In this document: piece by piece, positions 27,968 to 32,000 of the stretch | Layout of the letters: each line of letters begins with the position of its first letter | Position numbering within the stretch: the first letter of the stretch is position 1 | Origin: an uncultured Opitutales bacterium | Lineage (GTDB): Bacteria; Verrucomicrobiota; Verrucomicrobiia; Opitutales; UBA9783 | Direction: 5' to 3' | Assembly (NCBI GenBank): GCA_934691225.1 | Contig: CAKUSQ010000001.1 | Span: forward strand, 180,001-212,000 | DNA: 32,000 nucleotides | The notes under the pieces: generated by a model | The model's database searches: none | Seen by the model: only the letters and a program-made list of their open reading frames with translations | What the model was told of the DNA's origin: nothing | Made by a program: the position numbers and the translations under genes

Positions 27968-28126
27968 TCAAAGTTCTGGTTTCGTTTTGATCAAGCCCAA
28001 TACGCTCTGGCCTTCTTTCCATTGCCCACGCTTTTTTAACAAATCGATACGCTCAAAACGTTTTAACACGGTTTGACTAGCTTTTGTACTACCTGCACTT
28101 TTTTTAAAACTTGAATGTTGCGACAT
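27968..28126 (-). CDS. 52-aa small basic protein (resembles the small basic protein family of PVC bacteria)
   Basis: The ORF-track call 27968..28189 runs into tRNA-Thr. The internal ATG at 28126 has a GAGG Shine-Dalgarno 6 nt upstream and gives MSQHSSFKKSAGSTKASQTVLKRFERIDLLKKRGQWKEGQSVLGLIKTKPEL. The family assignment is from memory. Confidence 0.55.
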   Translation of the reverse strand: MSQHSSFKKSAGSTKASQTVLKRFERIDLLKKRGQWKEGQSVLGLIKTKPEL

Positions 28127-28154
28127 AAGAACCTCGTTAACGATTTTTGTTTTA

Positions 28155-28230
28155 TGGAGCCGAGGATGAGATTCGAACTCACGACCCACGCATTACGAAT
28201 GCGTTGCTCTACCAGCTGAGCTACCTCGGC
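28155..28230 (-). tRNA. tRNA-Thr (anticodon CGU), CCA encoded
   Basis: The reverse complement folds by hand into a 76-nt cloverleaf: GCCGAGG TA GCTC AGCTGGTA GAGC A ACGCA TT-CGT-AA TGCGT GGGTC GTGAG TTCGAAT CTCAT CCTCGGC T CCA. Confidence 0.95.
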
Positions 28231-28299
28231 AACTAAACACTAAAATTCAGCCTTATTCCCCACAAAAGGTCAAATAAAAAATGAAAAATTCCTCCATTT

Positions 28300-29757
28300 T
28301 TATTCATAAATATATTTTACATGTGATTCAAATGCATTGAAATTCTGCCACGAACAACGCCAACACCAATTAGAGCCCAAAGTACCTGGCGTATTAATTC
28401 TAGCCAAACTTCCTAAGTTAAAAATATCCTGCATTGGAATAATTACATGCTGCGTTGTCCGACATTTTAATGCCCAACGAAACAATGTTGTTCCCATATG
28501 ATTTACATCCGCATCCTCTCCTAAGATTGTACAAATACGCTTTTGAAAGCTTTCATCTAATTTATCGAACCACCCTTGGGTAGTATCATTATCATGCGTA
28601 CCTGTATAAACAAATTGATTGGCCTGCCAATGTTGTGGTAAATAAGGATTATTTTCATCTTCAAAAGCAAACTGTAATACAGCCATACCTGGAAGATTTA
28701 GTTGCTTCTGAAAAATCTTAACGCCTTCATTTAAATCACCTAAATCTTCTAAAATAAAAGGCATTTCAGGCCAAAACTGCCTCAATACTTTAAAAAATTT
28801 ATCTTGTGGACCTAGTTTCCACTGACCACAGCACGCCGTTGTTTGCCCCCAAGGAACTGACCAATAATCGTAAAGTCCACGAAAATGATCGATACGTAGT
28901 TTATTAAACCATAACAAATTTTTACGAATACGCTTACACCACCATGCAAATTTTGTCTTTTCGTGCATCTCCCAATCATAAACAGGATTTCCCCAAAGCT
29001 GTCCATGACAAGAAAAATAATCCGGAGGAACCCCAGCCACATTTTTAGGACAATCATCCGCATCATTCCAATCAAACAAATTTCTCTGCTGCCAAACCGT
29101 TGCGCTATCCAACCCTACATAAAGGGGAATATCACCAATAATATCTACTCCTTTTTCTTGCGCATAATTAAAAATCTCTGCCCATTGTTGCGTTAAAATC
29201 CACTGTTCGAATTTAAAAAAATCAATAAATTTGCTATAACTTCGTTGATACTCTTCAACAGCATTTTCTTGATATTTTCTATACTTACATGACCATTCCC
29301 ACCAAGGCTGCCCACCAAATTTAACTTTAAGTGCACAAAAAGTTGCAAAAACTTCTAAATCTTCACCCTCCAATGTTTTAAATTGCTCAAAATCATCGGT
29401 GTTCCCGCAATTCAAAAAACGTTCGTAAGCATTTAACAATAAAGATTGTTTCCATGCTACAAGAGTCTCATAATCTACTTGATTAACTGGAAAAACAGGT
29501 GCATTTTTAATATCGTCTTTAAACAACCATCCTCGCTTATACAAATCTTCTATATCGATAAAAAGCGGATTAAGTGCAAATTCTGATAAAGGTTGGTATG
29601 GCGAATTTCCAAAACCTGTAGGACCTAAAGGACAAATCTGCCATGCATTCATCCCCGATTTCTGCAATTGGTCTATCCAACGTTTAGCTGCAACTCCAAA
29701 ACAACCAATTCCAAAATCCCCAGGTAAAGAAAACACAGGTAATAAAATACCTGTCAT
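28300..29757 (-). CDS. malQ: 4-alpha-glucanotransferase (amylomaltase, GH77)
   Basis: From ATG 29757 the protein starts MTGILLPVFSLPGDFGIGCFG, the canonical GH77 start. It also has IIGDIPLYVGLDSATVW, LRIDHFRGL and FILEDLGD. The longer ORF-track start at 29880 would overlap the upstream gene. Confidence 0.9.
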   Translation of the reverse strand: MTGILLPVFSLPGDFGIGCFGVAAKRWIDQLQKSGMNAWQICPLGPTGFGNSPYQPLSEFALNPLFIDIEDLYKRGWLFKDDIKNAPVFPVNQVDYETLVAWKQSLLLNAYERFLNCGNTDDFEQFKTLEGEDLEVFATFCALKVKFGGQPWWEWSCKYRKYQENAVEEYQRSYSKFIDFFKFEQWILTQQWAEIFNYAQEKGVDIIGDIPLYVGLDSATVWQQRNLFDWNDADDCPKNVAGVPPDYFSCHGQLWGNPVYDWEMHEKTKFAWWCKRIRKNLLWFNKLRIDHFRGLYDYWSVPWGQTTACCGQWKLGPQDKFFKVLRQFWPEMPFILEDLGDLNEGVKIFQKQLNLPGMAVLQFAFEDENNPYLPQHWQANQFVYTGTHDNDTTQGWFDKLDESFQKRICTILGEDADVNHMGTTLFRWALKCRTTQHVIIPMQDIFNLGSLARINTPGTLGSNWCWRCSWQNFNAFESHVKYIYE

Positions 29758-29782
29758 TAATTTCTGACTCACAATAAATCCT

Positions 29783-30082
29783 TCATGCTTTAAATGTATC
29801 TGGCCCTTCATGTCCTGCTGTTTTAACATAACACTTCGAAATGGGATCCCGAACATATTTTGTAAAACCATGCCCTGCAATATTCTTGTCCGAAAGCAAC
29901 TGCTTTGTACGTCCTGCAGAATAACCTTTTGATAAATTAGGAATTGTATAAACCCGTTCTAATGGGAAACCTGTATTTGGATCCTTATCTATCTTAGCAT
30001 CACATGAGTGACTCAGTTCTATCACCGGACATTCGTTATGCGGAATGTTAGGCCATAATATACGATACAGATAAATTGGCAT
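29783..30082 (-). CDS. hypothetical 99-aa protein (weak FmdB-zinc-ribbon-like N-terminus without the Cys pairs)
   Basis: ATG-initiated ORF that neatly fills the gap between neighbours. It begins MPIYLYRI. (compare MPxYEYxC of the FmdB family) and contains GHGFTKY (compare GSGFY). The CxxC knuckles are absent. Confidence 0.4.
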   Translation of the reverse strand: MPIYLYRILWPNIPHNECPVIELSHSCDAKIDKDPNTGFPLERVYTIPNLSKGYSAGRTKQLLSDKNIAGHGFTKYVRDPISKCYVKTAGHEGPDTFKA

Positions 30083-30138
30083 GAAAATATTGTAATAAAA
30101 ACCTATTTTATTTTCAAGAAACTTCCAAAAATTTTGAC

Positions 30139-30609
30139 TTAATCCAAATCTAATTGACAGGGTAAATCATTAGAACCAATCTTTACAAAAAATCCTGCGT
30201 TTCCTCCTGCAGCTTTCCTTTCTTGTACCATTTTCACAGGGCTAATAGATCGTTCAATCCAAACTACAGGATTCGCTTCAAATGTAAAATGTTTTTGAAA
30301 TAAAGGCGTATGCATAAATAATCGCCCCAAATTTGAAAAAAGAAAATGTGACATATCTTTCGTCACTTCACCTTCTAATTTTACTTCCCAGTTAGAATAT
30401 GAACAAAAATTATACACGGTTTGAATGCAATCCGAACGCATATCCCACAAGAAATTTATTGTATCATTTGAACCTTCTTGAAAAGAAATTCTCGTATCTG
30501 TATCAGGCAATAATAACAATGGAAGCTCTTTAACAAACGGCTTATTTACAAAACACTCATAAGTAAAGAAGCAAAAAAACAGCCCACAAATCCAAAGTAC
30601 AATTTTCAC
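30139..30609 (-). CDS. hypothetical N-terminally membrane-anchored protein (156 aa) coupled to exbD
   Basis: GTG start overlapping the exbD TGA (GTGA). N-terminal TM helix IVLWICGLFFCFFTYECFV, then a roughly 130-aa globular region. No TonB/TolA motifs seen. Confidence 0.45.
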   Translation of the reverse strand: MKIVLWICGLFFCFFTYECFVNKPFVKELPLLLLPDTDTRISFQEGSNDTINFLWDMRSDCIQTVYNFCSYSNWEVKLEGEVTKDMSHFLFSNLGRLFMHTPLFQKHFTFEANPVVWIERSISPVKMVQERKAAGGNAGFFVKIGSNDLPCQLDLD

Positions 30610-31046
30610 AATTCTACCACTGAAACAACCACTGATTTATACCCAAAAACCTTAGCTTTGTCTATAATAGCTAAAACATTTTTTAATGCCACACTTTCAT
30701 CAACCTGAAGCATCAATCTTTCAATATTACACGTTCTTACATCAAATAAATGCTCTAGTTGGTTAAAATTATAACATTTTCTGTTAAAAAAAATTCGCAA
30801 TTGTCCATCCACCATTAACACATCACCTATTGGCAAAGCCGAAGTGTAAGCTGTTCCCGATGAGACTTTGGGTAAACTCACCTGTAACCCCGGCGGACAT
30901 AACCATTTTGAACTCAGCAAAAACAAACCTAATCCCAATGTTAAAATATTAACGAACGGAACCCAACGCAAAGGCAAAGCATTTACATTCAATAGCTCCA
31001 ATTGTGATAATAAACCTAAACGTTCAAAAGAATTAATCAGCTTCAT
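30606..31046 (-). CDS. ExbD/TolR-family biopolymer transport protein (atypical: Asn at the TM Asp position)
   Basis: 146 aa with a single N-terminal TM helix (VPFVNILTLGLGLFLLS; compare TPFIDVMLVLL). The periplasmic domain ends with LMLQVDESVALKNVLAIIDKAKVFGYKSVVVSV, the ExbD pattern. Overlaps exbB by 14 nt. Confidence 0.7.
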   Translation of the reverse strand: MKLINSFERLGLLSQLELLNVNALPLRWVPFVNILTLGLGLFLLSSKWLCPPGLQVSLPKVSSGTAYTSALPIGDVLMVDGQLRIFFNRKCYNFNQLEHLFDVRTCNIERLMLQVDESVALKNVLAIIDKAKVFGYKSVVVSVVEL

Positions 31047-31662
31047 TTTGATGCTTTACATCCTTTTTTAAGAATAACAATAAATCGCTCACAGCCCATT
31101 CCATGTCAAAAATCAAGGCACGAACTCTTCCCATTAAAAAATGATATGCCGCATAAAACAAAAACATTTCTAATAAGCCCAAAAAAGTTACTGATAATGC
31201 CGAAATGATGTACGGAGAAAAACTAGTTAGTTGCGTATAAGCTTGTAAAGAACCTAATGTCCAAAAACCTTTTAATAAAAAAAATACAGTCCCTATCAAA
31301 CCAATTAACGAAGAAAATTGTCCCATAACACGCAACGATTCAATACGCTTTCTCAATAAAGGCAATTCCAACAATGCATTTTTCTGTAAAATTGCTTCTA
31401 AAACTACCGGCGACTCATTTTCATTTATGAGTGCAATCTTCATTAAGCGTGCAACTGCACCTGGCGTTTCTTCACACAAAGTAATGGCTTCCATTATTCT
31501 ATTTTTCAGTAGAAGATTTTTAATACCTTGCAAAAAACCTTCAGGACGCACCTGCCCTTTATGTAAAAAAATAAAACGCTCTAAAAAAAATATAATGCCT
31601 AAACCACCCAAAATCCCTAAGGGATATACAAACCACTCTATTGTTTTTACAATGTCTAACAT
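31033..31662 (-). CDS. MotA/TolQ/ExbB-family proton channel protein
   Basis: 209 aa with 3 TM helices. SSLIGLIGTVFFLLKGF corresponds to the GLLGTV.G motif, and ALSVTFLGLL to the AL..T..GL motif. Confidence 0.8.
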   Translation of the reverse strand: MLDIVKTIEWFVYPLGILGGLGIIFFLERFIFLHKGQVRPEGFLQGIKNLLLKNRIMEAITLCEETPGAVARLMKIALINENESPVVLEAILQKNALLELPLLRKRIESLRVMGQFSSLIGLIGTVFFLLKGFWTLGSLQAYTQLTSFSPYIISALSVTFLGLLEMFLFYAAYHFLMGRVRALIFDMEWAVSDLLLFLKKDVKHQNEAD

Positions 31663-31665
31663 GGT

Positions 31666-32000
31666 CTAATTTTTACTTGTCGGCTTATAAATGACACGAC
31701 CAAAACAACGATCTGCCCATGTCATAGGCATAACATTTTCTGAATTAGCACTATCCATTCGCTCTTCAGCCACATCAGCCACTTTCGAAATAGGTGCGAT
31801 CAAACGAACTTCATTGTAAAAAATAACAGCACCTTGCGGATAACTTCTACGCTGTAAGAAAAAATCTCCTAAAACCAGCCGACTCTCCGCATACAATTCC
31901 AAAGCTTTCTGCAACCCTTGCTTTGCTTGTTCTGTTTCTATCTTCAAATGTTCATCCTGCTCAAAAAATTGCAAATAATCCTCATAACAAAGAATAGCTT
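31666..32000 (-). CDS. TPR-like protein, possibly BamD/YfiO-like; 5' end lies outside the window
   Basis: The reading frame stays open to position 32000; the TTG at 31974 used by the ORF track is probably internal. ESRLVLGDFFLQRRSYPQGAVIFYNEV resembles the BamD E..[LV]A.[FY]Y.KR..Y.AA..RF segment. The assignment is weak. Confidence 0.35.
   Translation of the reverse strand, partial: AILCYEDYLQFFEQDEHLKIETEQAKQGLQKALELYAESRLVLGDFFLQRRSYPQGAVIFYNEVRLIAPISKVADVAEERMDSANSENVMPMTWADRCFGRVIYKPTSKN

Noticed and set aside
30139-31662. A Zorya-like (MotA/MotB-type) anti-phage system.
   Set aside because: The ExbB-like protein is a minimal 209-aa TolQ/ExbB with no long ZorA-type tail. The ExbD-like protein has no peptidoglycan-binding domain. 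There are no ZorC/ZorD-like helicase or nuclease genes.

Overview
This window is an AT-rich (roughly 35-40% G+C by eye, not computed), very gene-dense chromosomal segment made almost entirely of housekeeping genes. I call about 43 protein-coding genes and 2 tRNAs; many neighbouring genes overlap by 1-17 nt or sit under 10 nt apart.

Gene content:
- rpsP-trmD-rplS cluster, with no rimM.
- An unannotated 33-aa bS22-like ribosomal peptide.
- xseA, ferritin, fabV, a family-4 uracil-DNA glycosylase, an atypical adenylate-kinase-family protein and an OppA-type lipoprotein.
- A complete F1Fo ATP synthase operon in the order atpB-E-F-H-A-G-D-C, with a YbgC-type thioesterase gene coupled to its 3' end.
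- A polytopic membrane protein plus a CPBP intramembrane protease, next to tRNA-Val(GAC).
- A DEAD-box helicase, an RDD-family protein, folD, a pseudouridine synthase, rpmG and a stand-alone hexapeptide-repeat protein.
- mgtE, a YhaM-like OB/HD protein, RNase HIII, efp, a small basic protein, tRNA-Thr(CGU) and malQ.
- An ExbB/ExbD-type module preceded by a BamD/TPR-like gene that runs off the window end.

rpsP-trmD-rplS without rimM, RNase HIII, the bS22-like peptide and the small basic protein together suggest a reduced PVC-superphylum genome (Chlamydiae- or Verrucomicrobia-like). That placement is a guess from memory and is untested.

I see no transposase, integrase, phage gene, CRISPR array, restriction/defence gene, toxin-antitoxin pair or long repeat. 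I therefore read this as an ordinary core region, not an accessory island, and I cannot support a new multi-gene system here.

The observations most worth a second look:
1. The ExbD-like protein has Asn in place of the essential transmembrane Asp, and an orphan third gene is coupled to it.
2. EF-P has Arg32 at its loop tip.
3. The ATP synthase delta subunit is truncated.
4. Two small basic protein genes are missed or mis-called by the ORF track.
5. A CPBP/membrane-protein gene pair lies beside tRNA-Val.

All family assignments rest on motif recognition by eye; no searches were run.
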